A stretch of 64,000 bases of DNA, from assembly GCA_016195025.1 (NCBI GenBank), contig JACQAL010000002.1:6477-70476 (forward strand), in the 5' to 3' direction. How positions within the stretch are numbered: the first letter of the stretch is position 1; each line of letters starts with the position of its first letter. Both the position numbers and the translations under genes were made by a program. This DNA comes from Bacteroidota bacterium. Its GTDB lineage: Bacteria > Bacteroidota > Bacteroidia > Palsa-948. Below, one piece after another: positions 53,861 through 63,522 of this stretch. The notes below the pieces were generated by a model. The model was not told the origin of the DNA. It saw only the letters and a program-made list of their open reading frames with translations, and ran no database searches.

Positions 53861-56503
53861 TTATCTCACCATGCTCACATTCCCGATATATTTATGCTGT
53901 TTCTTGTTGGCATCGGTGAGTTCCACTTTCCATACATACACATCTTCCTGCACCAATTCTCCGTTGCGCTTTACTTTTCCATCCCACGAGCATTTCTTAT
54001 CGCTTTGCGGGTCGCCAAAGGTGTGGCAACTCCAGATTAAATTTCCCCAGCGGTCAAAAATCCACATGTTGAAATCAATGATGTAGGAACCCAGCCCGGT
54101 GAAATATTCATTGAAGCCGTCTTCATTCGGAGTAAAAGCATTGGGAGCGTAAAAGGTGAAGGGCGCTTCCACGTAAATGCAGTGCGTGATGGTATCCATG
54201 CATACGCCTCCCGAATCGGCAACGTAAAGCGTGATGCAATACACGCCCGTATCGGTATACACATGGAAAGGATTTTCCACGCTGCTCGTGGAAGGATTAT
54301 TCGGGTCGCCAAACGTCCAGTACCAGGTAGCCGTATTGTTGGAGGAGCCATTGAAACAATATACGGTTCCGTCAAGCAGGTTTACGGTATCGGGAGTGTC
54401 ATAGAAATTTGCAACGGGCGGACCTTTCTGCGGAACAACCACCGTCATTGATTGATTGCATCCGTTGCCATCCGTTACCAATACATTGTAGGTTCCACCG
54501 GAAATATTATTGAGTGTTTGAGTCATTTGCACAGGAGAAGTAAGCCACGTGTAAGTATAAGGCGAAGTTCCGCCCGAAGCGAAGGCGCTGGCAGAGCCGT
54601 TTGCCATTCCGCAGGAAGCAATGGCGGTGGAATTGGATAAAGTGAGTTGGGTGGGCTGCGTAATGTTTACGGTGGAAACTTTCGTGCAGCCGTTGGCATC
54701 GGTAATCATTACTGAGTAAGTTCCCACAGGCAGCCCCGTTGCCGCTTGCGTGGTTTGATTAGGCGAAGTAGCCCATAAATACGTATAAGGAAGTGTTCCT
54801 CCGCCTCCGTTCACCATGGCATTTCCATCGCTGTTGCCGAAGCACTTCACGTTGTTAAGCACGTTAGTAGCAGCAGTTAATGTGGGCGCCTGCGTGGTAA
54901 CAGAAACTGTCTGCGTTTTGGTGCAGCCATTGGCATCGGTTACGGTTGCTACATAGTTGCCAATGCCAAGCCCTGTTGCTGTCTGGGCATTCTGCACGGG
55001 AGATGTGTTCCATGAATAAGTATAGGGAGAAGTTCCGCCCGAGCCGGTGGCTGTAGCAGTTCCTATGTTTGCCGTGCATTGCGTGGGGGTGGAAGTGGTG
55101 GTTGCCGCCAAAGCCGGTGGCTGCGTTACCGCAACGGTGTAAGTGGCTTTGCAGCCCGAAGCATCGCTCACCTGAACGGAATAAGTTCCTGCCGAAAGCC
55201 CGGTGGCAGTGGTAGATGTTTGTATTGGAGTTGTTGCCCATGCATATGTGTAGGGAGCGTTTCCTCCAGTAGCAGTTAATGTGGCGGAGCCGTTGCTGCC
55301 TCCGCTGCATTTGGTGGCGGTGGTTGTAAATGTTACATTGGGACCGGGAGAAGTTGTAATTGTAAAAGTTGCCGAAACCGGACCACATCCGCCTGTACCA
55401 GTAACAGAAACAGAATAATTTCCTGCTGTAAGGTTACTGATGGAAGTTGTCGTGGCTCCTGTACTCCATAAATACGTATAAGGTTGTGTTCCTCCCGATA
55501 CATTTGCAATAGCAGAACCATTTGGAGCGTTGCAGGTGGAATTGGTGGGAGCAACAGTTAGGGAAAGAACATTACAACTGGATAGCTGATAATATACTCC
55601 CATATTTCCCCAGAGCCAGCAGTCGCTTCCTCCTCCATCTTGGGCGAATAGGGAAGTAGTTTGTCCACAAGTTAATGTTACAGGCGCTTCATCGTAGCAA
55701 TAAAAATCATTGGGGAAAGCAATGACGTTACCATTCAAGGTGGTATTATGCGTGGCGGCAACATTGTCCTGGTGGTCGGAAGAAGTTGCCCATGCGCGCG
55801 CAAGCGTAGGCGTTCCCGAAACAGTCAAGCCGGTCATGGTGTATGGTTTATACATGCCTGTTTGCCCGTCAGTCATTGCGCCATCCCAGATATCAAGAGA
55901 GCCCATGTAAGTAGCACCGGGATCAGTATAAATAATCATAAGTGTCATTCCGTCTATCTCCCAGTTGGGATTGGAGAAGCCGGAAACATTGAAGTTGTAA
56001 GTTCCGTTTCCGCTAACAGATGTAGTTACATCCCAGCGGTAAACGGCAGTGCCGGTTTCTCCCCAGCATTTGGGACCGTCTGTTCCAATGGGACCGCCCG
56101 ATGCGTAACTGGTGGTGGCGGCAGCGGGATTTGTAATGGTAACTGTTCCATTTGGAGCAGTGGCTGATTGATAGCCCGTCAGCGCCCAGACAAATGCCTT
56201 ATCCAAAACATAACCAGCAGGTAAACCAGCAATCGTCCATTTGGCAGGAAACCCGGAGCCATAGTAGCCGGAAGTAGTGTAGGTATTATATCTTGTTTCA
56301 GTCAACGTGGTGTCATACACATAATTTAATCCGCAGGCGGATTTATTGTAAATGGGTCCGCCCATAACACCGTTTCCGTTCATGGGAGAAATGGTAACAT
56401 TGTGTTTTCCGCAGGCGCCCGGCAGCCCTTGTGAAAATGTTTCGGGAAGCGATATTCCCATAGTGGCAGCGATGAAAAATAGTGAATGTAAAAAATACTT
56501 CAT
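53861..56503 (-). CDS. SprB-repeat surface protein with a T9SS type-B C-terminal domain; a tandem paralog of 51512-53848
   Basis: 880 aa. It has the same SprB repeat architecture, and the C-terminus 'FYAPNAFTPNEDGFNEYF...FDRWGNLIWSCHTFGDPQSD' is nearly identical in motif to its neighbour. Confidence 0.8.
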   Translation of the reverse strand: MKYFLHSLFFIAATMGISLPETFSQGLPGACGKHNVTISPMNGNGVMGGPIYNKSACGLNYVYDTTLTETRYNTYTTSGYYGSGFPAKWTIAGLPAGYVLDKAFVWALTGYQSATAPNGTVTITNPAAATTSYASGGPIGTDGPKCWGETGTAVYRWDVTTSVSGNGTYNFNVSGFSNPNWEIDGMTLMIIYTDPGATYMGSLDIWDGAMTDGQTGMYKPYTMTGLTVSGTPTLARAWATSSDHQDNVAATHNTTLNGNVIAFPNDFYCYDEAPVTLTCGQTTSLFAQDGGGSDCWLWGNMGVYYQLSSCNVLSLTVAPTNSTCNAPNGSAIANVSGGTQPYTYLWSTGATTTSISNLTAGNYSVSVTGTGGCGPVSATFTITTSPGPNVTFTTTATKCSGGSNGSATLTATGGNAPYTYAWATTPIQTSTTATGLSAGTYSVQVSDASGCKATYTVAVTQPPALAATTTSTPTQCTANIGTATATGSGGTSPYTYSWNTSPVQNAQTATGLGIGNYVATVTDANGCTKTQTVSVTTQAPTLTAATNVLNNVKCFGNSDGNAMVNGGGGTLPYTYLWATSPNQTTQAATGLPVGTYSVMITDANGCTKVSTVNITQPTQLTLSNSTAIASCGMANGSASAFASGGTSPYTYTWLTSPVQMTQTLNNISGGTYNVLVTDGNGCNQSMTVVVPQKGPPVANFYDTPDTVNLLDGTVYCFNGSSNNTATWYWTFGDPNNPSTSSVENPFHVYTDTGVYCITLYVADSGGVCMDTITHCIYVEAPFTFYAPNAFTPNEDGFNEYFTGLGSYIIDFNMWIFDRWGNLIWSCHTFGDPQSDKKCSWDGKVKRNGELVQEDVYVWKVELTDANKKQHKYIGNVSMVR

Positions 56504-57024
56504 GGTATTTGGCTTTACGAAGTTAATTTATGTGAGTGTGTTGAACAGAACATCTTTTTTGTTTAATGACAGGTCTGAGTTTTTCTATACAAGTTATCCT
56601 GGAATTCTAATTTTTATGCCGCTCAATGCCGGAATGCTGAAGTGCGGTGCAAAAATATAAAATAAAAACCACACATTGAGAGGATTTCCAAGGGTATTTA
56701 TGCACACTTTTTAAGAATCTTTGATTGCTGTTTTATACAAGACGCAATAGCGGAAAAAAGGTTGCCTTTGTGGAGAACTAATATTTTATACCAAAACAAC
56801 TCAGGTTTCAGGAATGTTCAGGAAGAATGGAATGATGGAAGATTGTCCCGAAGGGACTTCTTCGGAGGAAGATTGGCTGTTTCCCAACATTCCATTATTC
56901 CAACCTTCCAAATAATTTTCGGAAACCTGACTCTGCCTTCGGTATAGATTATGGTTTATGCTATGGTGGTTTTTTGCAGTTTTCACACTTATTTTCATAC
57001 TTTCTTCATGGAAATGCTCAGTAG

Positions 57025-57129
57025 GAGCACTCCTCCGGAGCGCAGGAGCACTCCTCCGCTCGTGAGGAACACTCCTCCGCTCGTGAGGAACACTCCTCCG
57101 CTCGTGAGGAACACTCCTCCGCTCGTGAG
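57025..57129. repeat. Tandem 21 bp repeat x 5 in the 680 bp gap upstream of the SprB-repeat genes
   Basis: Copy 1 is 'GAGCACTCCTCCGGAGCGCAG' (diverged). Copy 2 is 'GAGCACTCCTCCGCTCGTGAG'. Copies 3 to 5 are 'GAACACTCCTCCGCTCGTGAG', then 'GACACGCC'. Confidence 0.85.
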
Positions 57130-57185
57130 GACACGCCAAATCGTTTGAGAATTCTTCTCAAACGGAGTAAGAGGTATTTCAGGAG

Positions 57186-59003
57186 TTAATTTTCAAGCAT
57201 TAATTGCCGGATGTATTTCACCGGAGCGCTGCCATAACTGAGAAACTTCTCATTGAACTCTTTCAGGTTGAATTTCTCTCCAAGTTTTTTCTTCATCTCT
57301 TCCCTTAGTTCATAAATTTCGGTGAAGCCGGTGAAGTAAGAATCCAACTGAACTTGCGTGAGGGAAACCCGCTTCCATTTATTTTCGGCTTCCTGTTTTT
57401 GCTGGAAAGCATCTTCCACCAGAAATTTGATTGCATCTTCTTTGCTCATTCCGCGAACATGCACGCTGTAATCCAAAATGGTGTTGCATACAGAGCGCAA
57501 ATGCCATTTATAATACATCAGCCACATTTCAAGTGAATCGGGTCCTGCGCCAAAACCGTTTTCAAGCATGAGGCGTTCTGAATAAACCGCCCATCCTTCA
57601 ATCATTGCTCCGTTGCCGAATAAACTTTTCACCCTACTGGGCGATTGATTGCTGTAAATCAATTGCGCGTAATGCCCCGGAATGGCTTCGTGAATGGAAA
57701 GTATTTGCAGGATGTAATGATTGTATTCACGCAGATAACTTTCGGCTTCTTCTTTTGAATAATGAGCCAGCGAACCAACGTTGTAATAAGAATTTCCCTC
57801 TTTGTCATACGGACCGGGTGAAGACATGGAAGCGCCCGCAACTCCTGCCATGTAAGCAGGTTCTTTACGAACCACCAATGGTTTTGCAGGATCCATGTAT
57901 AATAGATTTTTGTCGCTCACGAATTTTGTAAGCATGGGAATTTGTTTTTCTATTTCGGTTTGAAAATCTCCGGGCTTCACATGCTTTTTAGAAATTTCGT
58001 CTATGAGCATTTTAACTTCCGATTTTGTGAAACCACTCAGTCGGATATTGGGAAAATAGTTGTGAAAAATCTTTTTAGTAATGCCCAGCATTTCTTTTTG
58101 AATCTCGTCCTTGCGCTGAACGGCTTTATTGTAAATTTCTTCGGCAGTAAAATGCGATTGGATATCGTACATAAATTTCTTCTCGTATAAATCTTTTCCT
58201 ATTCTGAAAGAACGCGCTTCAAATCCCCCTGCTTCGCTTTCCCCCTTTGAAAAGGGGGACTTAGGGGGATTCAACTTCGAGCGCAAATCTTTCAGCCAGG
58301 AAACATAATCGTCAATGACTTTCACAAAATATTTAATCTGCATTTCGATTATCTGAATTTCGTGTTCATCCATTTTGCATTTCGCCAGCGAATCCATCAT
58401 CATTCCCGTAAAAACTTCTTCTCCTCCTTTGTTTTGCTGAATCGCCAAATCGGTATGTTCAATGGTTGGATTCTTAATCATCTTTTTCGCATTTTCATAA
58501 TATGCTTTAATAGGTTTCATGCGCTGAGAAAGCGCGCGGAGTTTTTCTTCGTTCGGTTCATTTTTATTCTGAAGAATATCTGCAAAGGTTGAACTCACAT
58601 TATACGAAGCAGGATTCCATTCATATTCACGGAATTCATTTACATTAAAAATAATTCCGTTCAGCATGTTATCGAGAATGTGAAAATCTGTTTTGTTGGA
58701 AGAAGAAAGTTTTGTGATGTCCATTTTTTTCAGCGCTTCCAGCTTTTCATTTGCAAAAGCAATTTCTTTTTGATGAAACGCCTCATCGGTCACAACGAGA
58801 ACACTGTCATATTTATGATATCCTTGTGATGAAGCCCATCCGGGGTAAAGTTTCCATAAATCCTCTATGAAGTTGGCACTGAATTTTGAAAAAGAAGAAT
58901 CTGCATCTGGCGGGTTGATGAGTTGCCGGGTTGCAGAGGGGTTATTTTCACAGGAGAAAAATAGCAAGCCCGTGATGAAGAACAGAAAAATTATTTTTTT
59001 CAT
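57186..59003 (-). CDS. DUF885-family lipoprotein (putative HExxxGH metallopeptidase-like), carrying an in-frame GC-rich insert
   Basis: 605 aa with a lipoprotein signal 'LLFFSCENN'. It carries the 'SIHEAIPGHYAQ' motif characteristic of DUF885. The inserted element encodes 'KLNPPKSPFSKGESEAGGFE'. Confidence 0.65.
   Translation of the reverse strand: MKKIIFLFFITGLLFFSCENNPSATRQLINPPDADSSFSKFSANFIEDLWKLYPGWASSQGYHKYDSVLVVTDEAFHQKEIAFANEKLEALKKMDITKLSSSNKTDFHILDNMLNGIIFNVNEFREYEWNPASYNVSSTFADILQNKNEPNEEKLRALSQRMKPIKAYYENAKKMIKNPTIEHTDLAIQQNKGGEEVFTGMMMDSLAKCKMDEHEIQIIEMQIKYFVKVIDDYVSWLKDLRSKLNPPKSPFSKGESEAGGFEARSFRIGKDLYEKKFMYDIQSHFTAEEIYNKAVQRKDEIQKEMLGITKKIFHNYFPNIRLSGFTKSEVKMLIDEISKKHVKPGDFQTEIEKQIPMLTKFVSDKNLLYMDPAKPLVVRKEPAYMAGVAGASMSSPGPYDKEGNSYYNVGSLAHYSKEEAESYLREYNHYILQILSIHEAIPGHYAQLIYSNQSPSRVKSLFGNGAMIEGWAVYSERLMLENGFGAGPDSLEMWLMYYKWHLRSVCNTILDYSVHVRGMSKEDAIKFLVEDAFQQKQEAENKWKRVSLTQVQLDSYFTGFTEIYELREEMKKKLGEKFNLKEFNEKFLSYGSAPVKYIRQLMLEN
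58222..58271. repeat. Nested GC-rich palindromic element sitting in-frame inside the DUF885 ORF
   Basis: The outer arms are 'AATCCCCCT' (58222-58230) and 'AGGGGGATT' (58263-58271). The inner hairpin is 'CCCCCTTTgaAAAGGGGG' (58241-58258). Confidence 0.6.
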
Positions 59004-59132
59004 AGGGAAGTTTCAGCAAAGATAGAAGAATTGATGCCTTCTGAGGTTGCCGAAAAAAGTTTTTAACCTGGATTAATAAAATTTAAGTTGTATATATTTG
59101 ATTATAGTTTATCTTAGCAAAAAATAATCAAC

Positions 59133-59702
59133 ATGAAAAAACTTTTACTCTTTATCCTCTCGGGCACTTTTTCATCTTATCTTTTTTCTCAGGCGGCATC
59201 ACTCACGGTAACCGCCACGCATACCGATGCATCAGTTTGCACTGCGCCCTGCAACGGCTCGGCATCAGTAACGGTTACAGGCGGAAGTCCGCCTTACACC
59301 TACCAATGGGTGCCAAGTGGTGGCACCGGTCCGGTGGCTACGGGGCTTTGCCCGGGAACTTATTCCGTTGGAGTTAGCGATGGGTCTTTTAATTACGGAG
59401 GAACAACTGCAACCATTATTTGCGTGCAGGGAGTGCCTGAATATCTGATGAATGAATTTATCAGCATTTATCCGAATCCGGCAACAGAAAATCTTTCCGT
59501 CAATCTTTCTTATCCTAACGGAGGAACGGTGAAAGAAATTTCAGTGTATAATTCGGAAGGGAAAAAAGCGCTGAGCGAAAATTTTTCTTCCGCGAAGAAA
59601 TTTCCGAACACGCTTTCAGTGGCAAAACTTCCTGCGGGAATTTATTTTCTTGAACTGAAGGATGAAAAAAATCTTTACCGGACGAAGTTTTTGAAGGAAT
59701 AA
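59133..59702 (+). CDS. Small secreted protein with one SprB-type repeat and a T9SS type-A CTD
   Basis: 189 aa. 'CNGSASVTVTGGSPPYTYQWVPSGGTGPVATGLCPGTYSVGVSDG', then 'ISIYPNPATENLSVNL...LPAGIYFLELKDEKNLYRTKFLKE'. Confidence 0.65.
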   Translation: MKKLLLFILSGTFSSYLFSQAASLTVTATHTDASVCTAPCNGSASVTVTGGSPPYTYQWVPSGGTGPVATGLCPGTYSVGVSDGSFNYGGTTATIICVQGVPEYLMNEFISIYPNPATENLSVNLSYPNGGTVKEISVYNSEGKKALSENFSSAKKFPNTLSVAKLPAGIYFLELKDEKNLYRTKFLKE

Positions 59703-59706
59703 TAAA

Positions 59707-62001
59707 ATGAAAAAGGTTTTCACTTTAATTTCTTTTTTCTTCATTGCTCATTTTTCTTTTTTTGCTCAAACTTCAAAGCAGGGGCAGGATTTTTTCAAAG
59801 AGGAAACCGGTTTTTTCTTTTTCATTGGCGTTGACAATTATTCTTCCGTTCATTTGGTGTGGGATGAAATTCAAAATCCCGCGCTGAAGGAATTTATTCT
59901 TGAGCGAAGCGAAGACGGCAAACAATTTTCCGAAATCGCATCCCGTCAAATGTCTTCTGAAAAATTACCGGACCTTATGGGTTTATCGAAAACTCAGTTG
60001 CAAAAAATTATTGATGCACCGTACAATCAATTACTATACACTACCGAAACCGGCCCGGGAAGATTTATTTATAATCAAATTATTCCTGAGTTTATGGCCG
60101 GTAACAAAAAGTATCAATGGTACTACCGCCTGAAATTTATTTGGAAGGATGAAAAAATAACTTTCAGCGCTGTTCGCTCATTTGATTTCTATTTCGATTT
60201 CAGAAAACAAAACGGAACCAAAATCAATTCACAGAAAGAGAAAGAAAAACAAAATGCAAACGAGATAAAACTTTCAGAAAGAGAAACTATTTTTTCTCAG
60301 CAAGCCGATGCGCTTAAAACAGTTGCTCCTCCTGTGGTTTTTGGTCCTTGTCCTTCTATTCAGATTGCGCCTTCTGATTCCTGCCCGACAGGCAATAGTC
60401 AAAATTTTTCAGGCACTTGTTGTACGTGGACACAAGGAGAGTTTTTTGTTGAATCACCTGTGAACTGTGCCGGAAAATGCTGCTGCAATATTGATTGTAG
60501 CCCTGGCGGATATGATTCCTGTTGTGTTCACACTTGCTCCCAGCATAATATTTGCGGATGCACGCCATGGGTTTGCTGCTCCGGTGCAAATCAATGGGTG
60601 GTTACACAATCCACTTCCACTTCAACAATGAATATTACGATAAATACATACGGCAACTCCTGTCTTCCGAATGATTCGGCAACAGTAAATGTTTCAGGAG
60701 GCACACCGCCTTATTCTTTTTCATGGAGCAACGGGCAAACTACCCAAACCGCTACGGGATTAACTGCTGGCACTTATTCTGTAACAGTGAATGATAGTTC
60801 ATGTGTTGATACAAAAACTTTCACAATTACTCCGCCTGTTCAAATTAATTTATCAGGTTCCGGAACAAATCCTGTTTGTAATGGCGGAAATAACGGAAGC
60901 GCGAGCATTTCTGCATCGGGCGGAACCTTGCCCTATTCGTACAACTGGAGCAATGGAGGAACAACTCAAACTATTACCGGCCTTTCAGCAGGAAATTATA
61001 GTGTTGTAGTTGCTGATTCAAACGGATGTTCTGCAACAAATACAATTACAATTTCAAATCCTTTTGCAATTGTTGTTGCTCTTTCTGCTTTTACGAATTG
61101 TTCCTGCTATAATTCATCAGATGGAAGCGCTTCTGTAAATGCATACAATGGAACTTCTCCTTATACGTTTGTTTGGAGCAATGGACAAACAGGTCAGAAT
61201 GCTACCGGCCTTCAGGCAGGAAATTATATCGTTACAGTTACCGATAGTAATGATTGCACGGGAACACACACAATCACTATCTATAGCCCTTCACCTCTTA
61301 CTGCATCTGTTTCGGTGAATAATCCAGGTTGCTATAACGGTAATAACGGAACCGCTACTGTTAATGCAAATGGAGGAATTGCTCCGTATTCCTATTCGTG
61401 GAGCAATGGGCAAACTTCTCAAACTATTACAGGACTTTCTGCCGGCAATTATACAGTTACTGTTATGGATAATAATGGATGCACAAATATTGTTTCTGTA
61501 TCTGTTGCAAATCCTCCCGCGCTTTTGCTTTCTGTAATTTCCACTCCTGATTCCGGAAATTGCAACGGCACTGTTTCCGCAACACCTTCAGGAGGCAATC
61601 CTCCTTATACTTATTTATGGAATAATGGGTGCACCACTTCTTCCTGCTCCGGCTTATGTGCAGGCGCGTATGCTGTTAATGTTTGGGATTCGAACGGATG
61701 TTCCTGGAGTATTTCTATTTCTGTCGGTAGTTTCACCGGAATTGTTTCACCGAATGAAAACTCTGAGTATGAAATTTATCCCTCTCCTGCCACTTCAGAA
61801 ATTTTTATTGAGTTTTCCCGCCCTCAAGATGTTAAAGAAATAAACATTATTGATGTTCTTGCAAGAACTCTTCTTCATCAGGCATATGATACTTCTTTAA
61901 ATAAAATTCGAATAGATGTTAGTGCTCTTGCTTCTGGGTATTATTTACTTCTTATAAATTCTGCTGAAAGAAAACACCGGCAAGGCATTATTATCAAGTA
62001 A
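59707..62001 (+). CDS. SprB-repeat surface protein with a Cys-rich N-terminal module and a T9SS type-A CTD
   Basis: 764 aa with a signal peptide. The Cys-rich segment is 'CCTWTQGEFFVESPVNCAGKCCCNIDCSPGGYDSCCVHTCSQHNICGCTPWVCC'. There are at least six SprB repeats ('CNGGNNGSASISASGGTLPYSYNWSNGGTTQTITGLSAGNY...'). The C-terminus 'YEIYPSPATSEIFIEF...ASGYYLLLINSAERKHRQGIIIK' is a Por-CTD. Confidence 0.75.
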   Translation: MKKVFTLISFFFIAHFSFFAQTSKQGQDFFKEETGFFFFIGVDNYSSVHLVWDEIQNPALKEFILERSEDGKQFSEIASRQMSSEKLPDLMGLSKTQLQKIIDAPYNQLLYTTETGPGRFIYNQIIPEFMAGNKKYQWYYRLKFIWKDEKITFSAVRSFDFYFDFRKQNGTKINSQKEKEKQNANEIKLSERETIFSQQADALKTVAPPVVFGPCPSIQIAPSDSCPTGNSQNFSGTCCTWTQGEFFVESPVNCAGKCCCNIDCSPGGYDSCCVHTCSQHNICGCTPWVCCSGANQWVVTQSTSTSTMNITINTYGNSCLPNDSATVNVSGGTPPYSFSWSNGQTTQTATGLTAGTYSVTVNDSSCVDTKTFTITPPVQINLSGSGTNPVCNGGNNGSASISASGGTLPYSYNWSNGGTTQTITGLSAGNYSVVVADSNGCSATNTITISNPFAIVVALSAFTNCSCYNSSDGSASVNAYNGTSPYTFVWSNGQTGQNATGLQAGNYIVTVTDSNDCTGTHTITIYSPSPLTASVSVNNPGCYNGNNGTATVNANGGIAPYSYSWSNGQTSQTITGLSAGNYTVTVMDNNGCTNIVSVSVANPPALLLSVISTPDSGNCNGTVSATPSGGNPPYTYLWNNGCTTSSCSGLCAGAYAVNVWDSNGCSWSISISVGSFTGIVSPNENSEYEIYPSPATSEIFIEFSRPQDVKEINIIDVLARTLLHQAYDTSLNKIRIDVSALASGYYLLLINSAERKHRQGIIIK

Positions 62002-62007
62002 TATTTC

Positions 62008-63522
62008 TTATATCAAAATTTTTCCCGTCATCTCCTTCGGAATTTCAATTCCCATAATTTTTAAAATGGTGGGAGCAAGGTCGGCAAGTTTTCCGTTGGA
62101 AATCTTTTTGTAATCACTATCAATTAAAATACAGGGAACCGGATTAGTGGTGTGCGCTGTGTTTGGCGAACCATCGGGATTAATCATGTATTCCGCATTT
62201 CCATGGTCGGCAATAATGATGAACGAATAATTATTTTTTAATCCGGCTTCAACCACTCTGCGATTGCATTCGTCAACGGTTTCAATTGCTTTTTGTACTG
62301 CTGAATAAACTCCGGTGTGCCCAACCATATCGGGATTGGCAAAGTTCAGGCAGACAAAGTCAGGAGTTGGGAGTTTAGAGTTCGGAGAAATTTCTTTTAC
62401 CAAGGCATCGGTAACTTCTACTGCACTCATTTCGGGTTTTAAATCATACGTGGCAACTTTCGGAGAAGGAATCATGATTCGTTTCTCACCTTCAAATTCT
62501 TTTTCTCTTCCGCCCGAAAAGAAAAATGTAACGTGAGGATATTTCTCTGTCTCTGCAATTCGTAATTGCGTTTTGCCTGCTTTGCTCAGCACTTCTCCGA
62601 GTGTCATGCTCAGATTATCTTTTTCAAAAATCACATTCACATTTTTAAATGTATCATCATAGCGCGCCATGGTTACATAATGCAAAGGAATTGTTTTCAT
62701 TCCGAAATCAGGAAAATCTTTTTGCGTGAGCACGGTTGTAATTTCTCTGCATCGGTCTGTACGGAAGTTGAAACAAATCACGCAATCATCTTCTTTAATT
62801 TTTCCTTCATCGGAAACAATACAGGGCTTGATAAATTCATCCGTCACATTTTCTGCATAGGAACTTTTAACGGCTTCTTCCGCATTGGAAAATTTTTTTC
62901 CGGTTCCGTTCACGAGCATATCGTATGCAAGTTTGATTCGCTCCCAGCGTTTGTCGCGGTCCATTGCGTAATATCTTCCTATGACAGTTGCAATTTTTCC
63001 GGTAGAGTTCTTCAAATGATTTTCTAAATTCTGAATATGTTTCAATCCGCTTTTCGGGTCGCAATCTCTTCCGTCCATGAATGCGTGAATGAAAACTTTT
63101 TCAAGTTTATGTTCTTTCGCTAAGTCGCAGAGTTTGTATAAATGTTTTTCATGCGAATGAATTCCTCCGGGAGAAACTAAACCCATAAGATGAAGCGCTT
63201 TGTTATTTTTTTTTGCGTATTCGAGCGCCTGAATCAGCACCGGATTTTTGTCAATAGTTTTTTCACGGACTGCTTTATTTATTTTCGCTAGGTCCTGATA
63301 AACAATTCTTCCTGCGCCAATGTTCAGATGCCCGACTTCTGAATTTCCCATTTGTCCTTCGGGAAGTCCAACATTTTCTCCGTTGGTGAGAAGCTGCGAG
63401 TGCGGATATGTTTTCAGAAGATGATTGTAAAAAGGAGTTTTCGAATTTGCAATCGCATCTGCTTTGGAACCATCACCGATTCCCCAGCCGTCAAGAATTA
63501 TTAAGACAAGTTTTTTATTCAT
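62008..63522 (-). CDS. gpmI: 2,3-bisphosphoglycerate-independent phosphoglycerate mutase
   Basis: 504 aa. 'LVLIILDGWGIGDGSKADAIANSKTPFYNHLLKTYPHSQLLTNGENVGLPEGQMGNSEVGHLNIGAGRIVYQDL' is the canonical iPGM N-terminus. Confidence 0.95.
   Translation of the reverse strand: MNKKLVLIILDGWGIGDGSKADAIANSKTPFYNHLLKTYPHSQLLTNGENVGLPEGQMGNSEVGHLNIGAGRIVYQDLAKINKAVREKTIDKNPVLIQALEYAKKNNKALHLMGLVSPGGIHSHEKHLYKLCDLAKEHKLEKVFIHAFMDGRDCDPKSGLKHIQNLENHLKNSTGKIATVIGRYYAMDRDKRWERIKLAYDMLVNGTGKKFSNAEEAVKSSYAENVTDEFIKPCIVSDEGKIKEDDCVICFNFRTDRCREITTVLTQKDFPDFGMKTIPLHYVTMARYDDTFKNVNVIFEKDNLSMTLGEVLSKAGKTQLRIAETEKYPHVTFFFSGGREKEFEGEKRIMIPSPKVATYDLKPEMSAVEVTDALVKEISPNSKLPTPDFVCLNFANPDMVGHTGVYSAVQKAIETVDECNRRVVEAGLKNNYSFIIIADHGNAEYMINPDGSPNTAHTTNPVPCILIDSDYKKISNGKLADLAPTILKIMGIEIPKEMTGKILI

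Noticed and set aside
56801-57139. Minus-strand ORF 'MACPHERRSVPHERRSVPHERRSV...' and plus-strand ORF 56951-57148
   Set aside because: Both are translations of the 21 bp x 5 tandem repeat and are non-coding artefacts.
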